A DNA stretch of 64,000 nucleotides from a virus (lineage: Duplodnaviria > Caudoviricetes): the IMG/VR virus record IMGVR_UViG_3300042361_000498. One strand, given 5' to 3'. Position 1 is the stretch's first letter, and each line of letters begins with the position of its first letter. Below are positions 20,164 to 30,485 of this stretch, piece by piece. A program made the position numbers and the translations under genes. Under the pieces are notes generated by a model, which worked only from the letters and a program-made list of their open reading frames with translations, made no database searches and was not told the DNA's origin.

Positions 20164-23100
20164 GTATAAAAAGAATATATCACATTGCAGATGTTCATAT
20201 CCGTAATGTAAAAAGACACAACGAATATAGACAAGTATTTGAAAAAATGTTTGAGGAGATTCGTAAGAGGGGAACTGAAGATTCACTCATTTATTTAGCT
20301 GGAGATATTGCCCATGCTAAATTGGAAATGAGTCCTGAATTATTAAAAGAAATTAGTTGGTTATTTACGGAGTGTTCTAAGCATTGTGAAACTATCCTTA
20401 TTGCGGGAAATCACGATTGTAATATGAACAACTCCGATAGATTGGATGTTCTGACTCCAATCGTAGATGCATTGAATCTACCAAACTTTCATTACCTTAG
20501 AGATACGCAAGTATATTCAATTGGAGGAATTGATTTTTCAGTATTCTCTATTTTTGATAAAAGAGATAATTGGATTACAGCAGATAAACTATTTGGTAAC
20601 AAAAAGATTGCACTATTTCACGGACCATTAGATACATCCACAACCGATGTAGGATATGTGGTAAGTAGTAGACACTTTAAGCCGGAGATATTTGATGGGT
20701 TTGATTTGGCTCTATTAGGTGATATTCATAAGAGACAAGAAATCATATCGGAAGCTGGATGTAAGATTGTATATGCTGGTTCATTGGTACAACAAAACTT
20801 TGGAGAGAGTTTAGATAAGCACGGATTTGTAGTTTGGGATATGGATACTCTAAACTATGAAGAGGTTGATATCCAAAACGAATACGGATACTACACTATG
20901 AATGTGGATAATGGTATTGTGCCGGATGTAACGGATATGCCATTAAAACCTCGATTGAGAGTTAAGTTATCCAACACCGATACTGCGGATACTAAAAGAG
21001 TGGTAACGGAAATTAAGATGAAGTACAACGTAGATGACTTCACAATCATTCGGACAGACTCATTCTCAAAGAGTAAGACGGGTAATAGAAGTAGTAAGTT
21101 GGACTTCGAAGATATATCGGATATTAACCACCAGAACTCTCTCATATCGGAGTATGTTAAACGAATGATGCCATATACTACCGAAGAGGATTTGAAGGGC
21201 TTAGAAACGATAAATAGAGATGTAAATAGTAGAATCGTAACGGAAGATATTCATAGAAACATTCATTGGAAACCTGTAAGATTTGAATTCAGTAATATGT
21301 TTTCGTATGGGGAGGATAATGTAATTAACTTTGATAAGGTAGGTGGATTGATGGGATTGTTTGCACCAAACGCAGCTGGTAAATCCTCACTATTTGATGC
21401 AATATCATTCTGCCTTTTTGATAAGTGTAGTAGAGCATTCAAAGCAGGAAACATTCTAAACAATCGTAAGGATACCTTTAGTTGTAAGTTGGAGATTGAG
21501 ATTGATGGGGTAAGGTACTTTATTCAAAGGGAAGCAAAGACAGTGAGTAAAGGTAAGAGTGTTAAGGTAGATGTACAATTTTGGAAAGAGAATGGTGATG
21601 GTACGGAAATTCTAAATGGAACGGAACGTAGAGATACCAATAACATCATTGAACAATATGTTGGTAGGTATGAAGATTTTGTACTAACTGCCTTATCATT
21701 GCAAGGAAACAACGCCCTATTCATTGATAAATCTCAAAGTGAAAGAAAGGAATTACTTTCTCAATTTATGGGATTAACTATCTTTGATAAATTATATGAA
21801 ACGGCTAGTGAAGATATTAAAGAGGTAACAACACTTATTAGAAATTTTAAGAGGACCGATTTTACTTCCGAATTAGCAGAAAAACAAAGTGAACTCAAAG
21901 AAAAGAAAGAAGAGTTTGATACATTGGATACTGAATCTAAAGAGTTGGAAACTGAAAAGAGTGAGTTGGAAAAAGAAATTATCCAGTTATCACAACAATT
22001 GACTCCAATGGATGGTAATTTAAACATTGATAGTTTGAATACCAAAAAATCAAATTTAGACCAAAACATTGAGAAGCAGATTGAAAAGATGACAGATAAG
22101 GCATCTAAGTTGGAAGAGTATGAATCTGCATTAAAACAAATTGGAGAGGGTATTGAAGAAAGTAAATTGTATGATGATACTGCAATTGATTATATGTACA
22201 CAAAATTTACAACTCTACAATCCACATACACATCATCACTACACTCTATTGATAAGTTACACATATCATTGGATGCCAACAAAGAAAAGTTATCTCATTT
22301 AGAAAAGCATGAGTATGACCCTAATTGTAACTTTTGTATGAACAACGTATTCGTAAAGGATGCAAAGGAAACTGAAAAGATAGTTGGGGAGCAGTTGATT
22401 GTATTGGAAGAATTGGAAAGAGGTTCAAAAACAATTACTCAAAATCTACAATCATTAAAGGATGTTAAATCTCAATATGATTTGTGGATTTCTTTAACCG
22501 AAAAACAAAAGAAAGGTAACACATTATGCGATAGTACCAAATTGGAGTTAGAGCAGATGGAAACTCAACTACAACTATTCCAACATCAATTGGAAGGAGT
22601 TGAGGGGGATATCCAACGTTACAATGATAATTTGGAAACCATTTCTAAAAACAAAGAGATACAAACTAAAATATCAGAACTAACAACATCTAAAAAAGAA
22701 ATTGAGGGTAAGATAGAAAGTGCTAAAAAGAAACTTTTAAAGTTATCATCCGATACCGGTTCTATTAACACATTTATCAAAGATATGAAAGCTAAGATGG
22801 GGGAGGTTAAGGATTTGGAAACAAAGAATCAATTGTACACATTTTATTTAGATGCGGTTAAGAGAGATGGAATTCCATACGAATTGATTACTAAGGCTCT
22901 GCCTGTAATCGAAGAGGAAATTAACAACATATTAGGACAGGTTGTTGATTTTGGAATCGTAATGGATACGGATGGTAAGAACATCAACGCTAAGATAGTT
23001 TACGATGACCAGGAATGGGCATTGGAAATGTGTAGTGGTATGGAGAAGTTTGTTAGTGGATTGGCAATTAGAGTTGCACTTATTAACATATGTAACTTAC

Positions 23101-23303
23101 CTCGTCCAAACTTCTTAGTAATCGATGAGGGATTTGGTACGTTAGATAGTGATAACCTGTCATCCCTATTTATGATGATGCAATATCTCAAAACTCAATT
23201 TGATTTCATTTGGATGATTTCGCATTTAGAACAAATGAGAGATATTGTAGATGGTTTAATTGAAATCAAAAAAGATAATGGGTTTAGTAAGATTAATTTT
23301 TAA
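20160..23303 (+). CDS. Fused Mre11/SbcD nuclease - Rad50/SbcC ATPase (gp47-gp46-like)
   Basis: Metallophosphoesterase motifs HIADVH, GDIAH, GNHD, FHG, GDIH; Walker A APNAAGKSS; CNFC zinc hook in coiled coil; signature CSGME; Walker B VIDEGFGTLD; H-loop ISH. Confidence 0.92.
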   Translation: MSIKRIYHIADVHIRNVKRHNEYRQVFEKMFEEIRKRGTEDSLIYLAGDIAHAKLEMSPELLKEISWLFTECSKHCETILIAGNHDCNMNNSDRLDVLTPIVDALNLPNFHYLRDTQVYSIGGIDFSVFSIFDKRDNWITADKLFGNKKIALFHGPLDTSTTDVGYVVSSRHFKPEIFDGFDLALLGDIHKRQEIISEAGCKIVYAGSLVQQNFGESLDKHGFVVWDMDTLNYEEVDIQNEYGYYTMNVDNGIVPDVTDMPLKPRLRVKLSNTDTADTKRVVTEIKMKYNVDDFTIIRTDSFSKSKTGNRSSKLDFEDISDINHQNSLISEYVKRMMPYTTEEDLKGLETINRDVNSRIVTEDIHRNIHWKPVRFEFSNMFSYGEDNVINFDKVGGLMGLFAPNAAGKSSLFDAISFCLFDKCSRAFKAGNILNNRKDTFSCKLEIEIDGVRYFIQREAKTVSKGKSVKVDVQFWKENGDGTEILNGTERRDTNNIIEQYVGRYEDFVLTALSLQGNNALFIDKSQSERKELLSQFMGLTIFDKLYETASEDIKEVTTLIRNFKRTDFTSELAEKQSELKEKKEEFDTLDTESKELETEKSELEKEIIQLSQQLTPMDGNLNIDSLNTKKSNLDQNIEKQIEKMTDKASKLEEYESALKQIGEGIEESKLYDDTAIDYMYTKFTTLQSTYTSSLHSIDKLHISLDANKEKLSHLEKHEYDPNCNFCMNNVFVKDAKETEKIVGEQLIVLEELERGSKTITQNLQSLKDVKSQYDLWISLTEKQKKGNTLCDSTKLELEQMETQLQLFQHQLEGVEGDIQRYNDNLETISKNKEIQTKISELTTSKKEIEGKIESAKKKLLKLSSDTGSINTFIKDMKAKMGEVKDLETKNQLYTFYLDAVKRDGIPYELITKALPVIEEEINNILGQVVDFGIVMDTDGKNINAKIVYDDQEWALEMCSGMEKFVSGLAIRVALINICNLPRPNFLVIDEGFGTLDSDNLSSLFMMMQYLKTQFDFIWMISHLEQMRDIVDGLIEIKKDNGFSKINF

Positions 23304-23460
23304 CAGAAGGTAATATATTTTTTGGTTGAGGTTTTGGTAATACTTTTTCTTTTATCAAAGCTTCAACTAAACCATTTAATTTATAACCTTTATCTTTACA
23401 AAATTCTTTTAACATAAGATGTACTTCTGCATCAATTTGTATCATTGCATATTTTTTCAT
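23293..23460 (-). CDS. Small ribbon-helix-helix (CopG/Arc-like) DNA-binding protein, 55 aa; absent from the ORF track
   Basis: Manual translation: MKKYAMIQIDAEVHLMLKEFCKDKGYKLNGLVEALIKEKVLPKPQPKNILPSVKN*. Beta strand (YAMIQID), helix, G turn, helix. Confidence 0.7.
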   Translation of the reverse strand: MKKYAMIQIDAEVHLMLKEFCKDKGYKLNGLVEALIKEKVLPKPQPKNILPSVKN

Positions 23461-23465
23461 AACGA

Positions 23466-23505
23466 TTATTTAACTTTCTTTAATTTTATTTATATTTCTT
23501 TAGAT
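23466..23505. repeat. Tandem 20-bp direct repeat upstream of the RHH gene (candidate operator)
   Basis: TTATTTAACTTTCTTTAATT / TTATTTATATTTCTTTAGAT, 16 of 20 identical. Confidence 0.55.
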
Positions 23506-23562
23506 AAGTATTAACATAAATATTTATCGTAATATTTATATTGAGAACTAATAGAAATTTCA

Positions 23563-26500
23563 ATGGCAAGAATTAAAAAATACGCTAGTAACCAAACAAC
23601 AAATTTACAGCCACAATTAACTGAATATGGTACTTTTGTCACAGACCAGTTACCATCATCAATATATTTTAGAATATCTGAATTTAAAGATACATTTACA
23701 GGTGGTAAAAACGGATTTCTTATTGAAGGTTCTGAACATTTATTAGAATCTACTGAAATAAAAATAGAAATAATAGATGTAAATGGTAATCCAATTTATT
23801 ATGAACCAGGTGATGGTATACCTGAATATTATGAAGGACTATCTAAATTAGTAGCTGTTTACATTTATGAGGATACTCCAATTGGTATTGCCAACATAAC
23901 TATATTAGGAGAATTAAAAACTTATATAGATAGTGAAGGAAATGTACAACCAATACCAGAAGAATGGAAAGGTATTTATAATGTAAAATGGCAAAAAGAA
24001 TTTAAAGTAAATCGTTTAATAGCAAACGAAGATAGAGTTAGATTTTATAAAAGACCTCAAGTATCAATTACAGAATTAATAAAACCATTATATTCAAATG
24101 TAGTTGCTCAAAAAACAAATAATGGTACTGTTAGTGGTATTCCATTAGCACCATTAGAAAATCAACCATTATCCGAATATAGTTTACCAACATCCTATTT
24201 ATTAACTATAACCGATAATGGTGTATATAATGCTTGGAGTAGTTCGGTTGTTGGAAATACTATAAGTGTACCATCATTGGGATATACAACAACTGCAGAT
24301 GATATAATAAATAAAACTCAATTAGTTGTAACAAATCCATACACAGATTCCAATGGATTGGTTCAGCCATTTGTAAGTGCACCATATACTACAACTTTTA
24401 ATTATTTAGAAGGTGTTAATGATTTAGCAACTGCATTAACTGGTTCATTTGCAAAAATAAGTCTTACTGATTTAACATCATTTGTAGGAGATGTTGCTAG
24501 AGTTAAAGTATTTAGAAAATCGCAATCAGACTTATCCGACTTTCAATTTATTCAAGAAATTCAATTGGAAGCAAATGAATTACTTTTGGATTTGGATATA
24601 CCAACTAAAAATCAAGAAAACTACGGAATATTTACATCGGATATTATTAAAGATTATTGGGTAACATCTTCTAATAATTTAACAGCAACATTTAATCAAA
24701 GTTATTTATATAATTCGGTTAAATTAAATAGTAATTCTTCGGTTTACAAATTCCATACATCAAAATCAATATCAATTACCGAAGATGTTGAATATACTTT
24801 GGATTTTAAAGTTAGAAGTGAAACATCAACTGGTAATGGTTATATTAAAGCATTTTTAAGTGGTTCTAGAGATGGTACAAACGGTAAAGTACAAGTAGAA
24901 CAACAAATAATAGCTGTACCAGCACAAACGGCAGTTTTACAAAAATCAACTGTAACTAAAAATATAATTGCCCAACAAATGGCAACTGCTAGTTTGTATT
25001 TTGAAGTTAGTGGAAACGATTGGTATGTGTCTGATGTTAGTTTAAAAGCATCTCAAGAAAGTTCATTTTCACCCGATGAAATAACATTTATACAATCAGT
25101 TCCAAGAACATTACCGGAGGAAACATTTATATATCGTTTTGAATTCTATGATATTAATAACAACTATATACCTGTAAATGTAGAAGAAACAAAAACATTT
25201 AACGGAGGTAATTTACAAACAATTAGAAAAGGTTTACAATTACTACCATCATCTTTATATTTTCAATTTGATTCTGGTTCAAATCCAGTTCCCCCAACTT
25301 CTATAAACATTCAAGTTGTAAAAACTTTATTAACTGGTTCTGTACGATACACATCTCAATCATTTGATTATGATGGAAGTACTCATACGGCTTTACAATA
25401 TGCAGGTGGGCAGTATCCTGGTGTTTTAAATCAAACAAATCCTGATAATGTAGTATTAACTGTTGGAAATTTTACTGGTAGTAGAAGTGATAAAAATGTA
25501 CAATATTTAGAAATAACCGGTGAAGTGGAAGGATTTACTGATACTATTATTATAACAAAAGTATTAGATGGATTTGGTGGTGTAAACTATATTATTAGAC
25601 CTTATAGAGGAACTCAAATCAGAAATAGTAGTACTGCTTCTTTGGAAATTCAAGCGGTTAGAATTGATGGTATAAATGAGATTATTTTAAATGATACAAT
25701 TGGAAAACCAAAAGGCTGGCCTACTTATCAACTTCACGTATTGTCAGCATCGTTAGACCCATTGAACGAACCTGAAAGGTTTATCAATTTACAAAAAGCA
25801 GTCAATCAAAATTATATTAAAGGATTATCTGTTGGGGAATTGGGTAGTAAACAAATAAACTACAATGCAATATTCAATAGAGATTCTATAAATAAAGTAA
25901 GAGTAGTTTATATATTATCGTCTGGTTCAATAACACAACAACCTGCTTTTATAGCATCCGCATCTGTATTGACATCTATAAATTTAGAGGATTTGCAAGA
26001 TGGTTTGGATTCTGGATTTATGGTATATAATACGGATACGTTTACTATCAATCCAAGAACTCAAACAATATTTACACCTGTATCGGCAAGTGTTACGGGT
26101 TCATTTTATAAAAGAGGAACTAACGTAGAACCATTTACCGCATCATTTGAGGTGTTCCCATCAATGTCTTTAAACATAGATTTTGAGCCGGAATATTGGA
26201 TGTATTATGTAACTGGTAAATTTCATCCAAATATTTCAGTAGTAGCAATTGATGAAAAGAAAAGAGAAATACCATCAAGAGCAGTTTCTAATCATATATA
26301 CTCACCATTATCACAAAGTAAAACATTAACCGTAACATTAACTTATACCGAAGATTATACATCATCATCTATAAGTTTGGATAAGACATTTACAATTGTA
26401 CCTGAAGGAAAGCCGGGTGATGAGAGTATTGTATTTGAAGTAGTACCTACCAATGTAACCTTAAACTCAAATGCAGAAGGTACTGTTTTAGATTACAAAC

Positions 26501-29500
26501 CATCTATAACTGATATTAAATTAAAACAAGGTAGTAGATATTTGATATTTACTGGAAGTAGAGCAGCTGGTACATTCCACATTGCATCATCCTCAATAAG
26601 TTCACAAAATATCACACCTGGTAATGTACACTTTACATCATCATTTGGGATACCATATACTGCATCATTAATTGTATCTCAATCTTCAAATCTTACTGAT
26701 TTAAGTGGTAGTATAACATATCCATTGATTATACATCCGTACTATACATCATCAATCTACACACAAAGTATTGTTCAAAACTATACCAAAGCAGTTGATG
26801 GACCTCCACCAATTGATGTAATAATAACTCCAACTAATATTACATTAAATGCCGATGAGAATGGTTTTGTATCAACTTTAGCTCCCGCACAAACTACAAT
26901 TCAATTAAGAGAAGGTAGTAAATTTTTAACATTTAATAGTAATTCAGCAGAAACACCTGGTACTTTTAAATTTGGTAGTACACCTACTCAAAATATTACA
27001 ATAAGTACTTTGCAGGGAAATGGTACTAATTCGGCAACTGCATCATTTAGTTTATTTAATTATCCACATGTATCGGCAAGTGTAAATTATAATATAATTG
27101 CATTTCCATATTCATTGGGACCTGGTCATAGATTTACATCATCAGTATTTAATAGAACTCAAACTATAACGAAGAATGTGGCTGCAACTGCTGCTAGAAC
27201 TATTAATTTAACATCAACTGCATATACTATAACTTATGATTCGGATGGGCAAGTAGTTAATCCAACAGATGGTATTACATTAGTTGCAACTGCATTTAAT
27301 ACAACTGGTTCTAGATTTTATCAATTTTTTAAAGATGATGTAGCTCAAACACCAATACAAACTACGGCAACTAGAAATGTAGCTCCTGAAGATGCAGTTG
27401 CTGTTGGTGAAGTTGCAACTTGGAAAGTAACATTAAGAGATGGTAGTAATTCAGCATCGGCACCAATTAGAGCACAAGCCTCTGTAACAATTGCTGGTGT
27501 TGGGGATGGTACTAAAGCATATAACGCAGTTGTAAATCCCGAAAACACTTCTATTGTTTATAAAGTTTCTGGTGAGTTGGAAATAGCTAATACATCTGCA
27601 GTAATAACGGCAACAAAAGGTGGAGAAGCTCTAACACATAGACCATCTGGTTTTAGTGCACAATCACAAGACCCATTTGGAAATAATATAGGTTCATTAG
27701 GTGAGTATCAGGTAACTATTCATTCTAAATCAAATCATATAGTTTTGGGTGATAGTAAAGTTAGTGGTAGTGTATTGAATGGTAGTACTAACGCAACTAT
27801 TAGTAATTTAGCAGGATGGGTAAATCCGATTGGAAATCCAACGGGACAGATTGTTTATAGAATTAATTTTGAAAACGGAAAACAAATAACTTTTAAAACA
27901 CAATCAATTGCAATTCAATACGAAGGAGACACTGGACCTGGTATTGTAATGAGAGGTGTGTGGAATCAAACTACTAATTACATAGGTTCGGTTGAAACAA
28001 CAAACTATCGTAGAGATGCGGTAATTTGGCCTGACCCTGGTAACTCTGGTGGTAACACTAGATATTATGCGGCAATTAGTGGTAGTGGACCAGGTACCGC
28101 AACTGGATATCATGAACCTGTTTACTCACCATCACCTGTTGATAGTGCATGGTGGCAATACTTAGGTGACCAAGAATTCTTTGTGGCAGCTAAGATTGCA
28201 ATATTCGATGAATCATTTGTTAAAAATACAATTAATATTGGTAACAATGCTGGTAGTCCTTTTGCAAACATTGTATTAGCTGGGGGTAGAGATGACCCTT
28301 ATATGGCAATTGGACAAAACGGAACTGTTGGTGGAAACGGAATTCAATATGACCCATCTACACACCCTACTATAATTGGATATGATAAGATTGGTATATT
28401 TGCTGGTATGTACAATGGTGCAACATACGAACCACGTTTTTCATTAAGAGGAAGTGGTGGTAATTATTTAAGATGGAATGGCAGTACTTTGGATATTAGT
28501 GGTGCGATAACGGTAACTGGAGGTGATGCGGCAACACAAACATATGCATCTCAATCGGCAGCAACTGCGTTATCATCGGCATTGACAACTGTAAACGCAT
28601 TGGCCGCCGGTACTTACAATATTGGTACAACTACATTCATTACAAACAATTTTATATCTGCACCGGTAATTGCTGGAACTGCTGGATATATACAAAAATT
28701 ATTTAGGGTTGGCGATGATACAGCTGCATCAATTTATTTAGATGCTAGAAATATAGCCGATGGAGCAGCTGATAATTATCGTAGAATATGGATTGGTAGT
28801 GGTGCATATGGTATTTATGGTGATTCAAATACTTCATTTTATGTAGATAGTAATAATAGATTTTCGTTAGGTGATAAATTAACATTTACTGGTGGTAATT
28901 TAAGTGTAAGTGGTAATATAACTTCAACCGGTGGAAGTATTGGTGGATGGACTATAGATTCCAATTCAATTTTTAGTGGAACAAAGGGTACTAATGGTGC
29001 TTATACCGCAGCGGCAGGTAGTGTAACAATATCATCAGAGGGATGGATTTCATCAAAAAATTTCAGAATATCATCAACAGGCGCTGTAAATGCAGATGTT
29101 ATTGATGTGAGTGATGTGTTAGCTTCATCGGCCTATTTTGGTACTGCTCGAGGAAATTATACAATTGCAATTGATACCAATGCTATGACATTAGCAGGAT
29201 ATTCACGATTCGATTTGGGAGCAGTTGCTGGTATTGTGGGTACATATACATCATTCATTGCATTTACTGATGGTGGTGGTACTCCATCGGGTACCATATT
29301 AAGTTCATTTGGTGCAACTGGATTAACTGTAAATGGTGCAATTACCGCAACTGGAAATATTACTGCTTATTACTCTGATGAAAGATTAAAAACAAAATTG
29401 GGTAATATTACTAACGCAATTGATAAGATATCACAATTAAACGGATTTTACTATACAAATAATGAGTTAGCAAATTCATTTGGATATACCGATGATAAAA

Positions 29501-29733
29501 CTCAATTGGGTTTATCTGCGCAAGAAGTACAAAATGTATTTCCTAATATTGTATCACTAGCACCATTTGATATGAAGGTATATTTACCAAATGAAACTAA
29601 AACCGATACACCACCCGAATCTAAATCTGGAGAAAACTATTTAACAATTGATTACTCCAAATTAGTACCTGTATTAGTTGAGGCAATAAAAGAATTGAAA
29701 GCGGAAATTGAAGAATTAAAAAGAAATAAATAA
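23563..29733 (+). CDS. Giant tail fibre/spike protein (2056 aa) with C-terminal peptidase S74 intramolecular chaperone
   Basis: YSDERLKTKLGNITNAIDKISQLNG...LTIDYSKLVPVLVEAIKELKAEIEELK; tandem beta modules; RGVWNQTTNY carbohydrate-binding-like module. Confidence 0.88.
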   Translation: MARIKKYASNQTTNLQPQLTEYGTFVTDQLPSSIYFRISEFKDTFTGGKNGFLIEGSEHLLESTEIKIEIIDVNGNPIYYEPGDGIPEYYEGLSKLVAVYIYEDTPIGIANITILGELKTYIDSEGNVQPIPEEWKGIYNVKWQKEFKVNRLIANEDRVRFYKRPQVSITELIKPLYSNVVAQKTNNGTVSGIPLAPLENQPLSEYSLPTSYLLTITDNGVYNAWSSSVVGNTISVPSLGYTTTADDIINKTQLVVTNPYTDSNGLVQPFVSAPYTTTFNYLEGVNDLATALTGSFAKISLTDLTSFVGDVARVKVFRKSQSDLSDFQFIQEIQLEANELLLDLDIPTKNQENYGIFTSDIIKDYWVTSSNNLTATFNQSYLYNSVKLNSNSSVYKFHTSKSISITEDVEYTLDFKVRSETSTGNGYIKAFLSGSRDGTNGKVQVEQQIIAVPAQTAVLQKSTVTKNIIAQQMATASLYFEVSGNDWYVSDVSLKASQESSFSPDEITFIQSVPRTLPEETFIYRFEFYDINNNYIPVNVEETKTFNGGNLQTIRKGLQLLPSSLYFQFDSGSNPVPPTSINIQVVKTLLTGSVRYTSQSFDYDGSTHTALQYAGGQYPGVLNQTNPDNVVLTVGNFTGSRSDKNVQYLEITGEVEGFTDTIIITKVLDGFGGVNYIIRPYRGTQIRNSSTASLEIQAVRIDGINEIILNDTIGKPKGWPTYQLHVLSASLDPLNEPERFINLQKAVNQNYIKGLSVGELGSKQINYNAIFNRDSINKVRVVYILSSGSITQQPAFIASASVLTSINLEDLQDGLDSGFMVYNTDTFTINPRTQTIFTPVSASVTGSFYKRGTNVEPFTASFEVFPSMSLNIDFEPEYWMYYVTGKFHPNISVVAIDEKKREIPSRAVSNHIYSPLSQSKTLTVTLTYTEDYTSSSISLDKTFTIVPEGKPGDESIVFEVVPTNVTLNSNAEGTVLDYKPSITDIKLKQGSRYLIFTGSRAAGTFHIASSSISSQNITPGNVHFTSSFGIPYTASLIVSQSSNLTDLSGSITYPLIIHPYYTSSIYTQSIVQNYTKAVDGPPPIDVIITPTNITLNADENGFVSTLAPAQTTIQLREGSKFLTFNSNSAETPGTFKFGSTPTQNITISTLQGNGTNSATASFSLFNYPHVSASVNYNIIAFPYSLGPGHRFTSSVFNRTQTITKNVAATAARTINLTSTAYTITYDSDGQVVNPTDGITLVATAFNTTGSRFYQFFKDDVAQTPIQTTATRNVAPEDAVAVGEVATWKVTLRDGSNSASAPIRAQASVTIAGVGDGTKAYNAVVNPENTSIVYKVSGELEIANTSAVITATKGGEALTHRPSGFSAQSQDPFGNNIGSLGEYQVTIHSKSNHIVLGDSKVSGSVLNGSTNATISNLAGWVNPIGNPTGQIVYRINFENGKQITFKTQSIAIQYEGDTGPGIVMRGVWNQTTNYIGSVETTNYRRDAVIWPDPGNSGGNTRYYAAISGSGPGTATGYHEPVYSPSPVDSAWWQYLGDQEFFVAAKIAIFDESFVKNTINIGNNAGSPFANIVLAGGRDDPYMAIGQNGTVGGNGIQYDPSTHPTIIGYDKIGIFAGMYNGATYEPRFSLRGSGGNYLRWNGSTLDISGAITVTGGDAATQTYASQSAATALSSALTTVNALAAGTYNIGTTTFITNNFISAPVIAGTAGYIQKLFRVGDDTAASIYLDARNIADGAADNYRRIWIGSGAYGIYGDSNTSFYVDSNNRFSLGDKLTFTGGNLSVSGNITSTGGSIGGWTIDSNSIFSGTKGTNGAYTAAAGSVTISSEGWISSKNFRISSTGAVNADVIDVSDVLASSAYFGTARGNYTIAIDTNAMTLAGYSRFDLGAVAGIVGTYTSFIAFTDGGGTPSGTILSSFGATGLTVNGAITATGNITAYYSDERLKTKLGNITNAIDKISQLNGFYYTNNELANSFGYTDDKTQLGLSAQEVQNVFPNIVSLAPFDMKVYLPNETKTDTPPESKSGENYLTIDYSKLVPVLVEAIKELKAEIEELKRNK

Positions 29734-30479
29734 TGGCACTACCAGCATCAGGACAAATTTCAATGGATAATATGAACACCGATAGAGGAATAGCATCTGG
29801 TACTCAAATTAATTTGGCAACTGCTGGTACTGCTTATAGTGTTTCTTATAATACAAGTGGAACTAACGATTTACAATTTTCTGAATTTTATGGATTAAGT
29901 ATAACACCTGTATATACATCATATAGCAGTAGTCTATCTACTGGTGCTGAAGCTGGTTGCTATGCTGGAGATTTTTATACCGATTTTACTATAACATTGT
30001 TAGACCAATTTGGAAATCCAATAAGTTTAGGTTACGATGTTGATTTTGGAATAAAATTCCTTTTAAACGATGTACAAGATGTTGGTGGTGGTTATTATCC
30101 TGACACAATTACTAATGTAAGAATCTTTGCAGGATTTCCAACAGGATATCGAAGATTTTATGATAAACGATATCTAAATTGTAACTTTAGTTCATTATGT
30201 GATGGTAGTTGCTATGAAGAATCAACTGGTATGTATATATTTGAAGGACCAATAACAGTAACTACAACAACTACAACAACTACAACAACCGCAGCACCCA
30301 TATATAGTGGATTGATTTTGTGTGGTGAAACCAATGTAGATTATTATTATACAGGCACTATATCATCTGGTGACCATTTATATAGTGGTGCTGGTAATTG
30401 TTATGTATCAACCGGTACAATAGGTTCAATATTTGGTAAAGTTGAAATATTTGGCACAATAAATGGTTGTAGTTGTTAA
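29733..30479 (+). CDS. Fibre-associated protein with poly-Thr linker and Cys-rich tip
   Basis: MALPASGQISM start typical of genes following S74 fibres; TTTTTTTTTT tract. Confidence 0.65.
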   Translation: MALPASGQISMDNMNTDRGIASGTQINLATAGTAYSVSYNTSGTNDLQFSEFYGLSITPVYTSYSSSLSTGAEAGCYAGDFYTDFTITLLDQFGNPISLGYDVDFGIKFLLNDVQDVGGGYYPDTITNVRIFAGFPTGYRRFYDKRYLNCNFSSLCDGSCYEESTGMYIFEGPITVTTTTTTTTTTAAPIYSGLILCGETNVDYYYTGTISSGDHLYSGAGNCYVSTGTIGSIFGKVEIFGTINGCSC

Positions 30480-30485
30480 TATATT

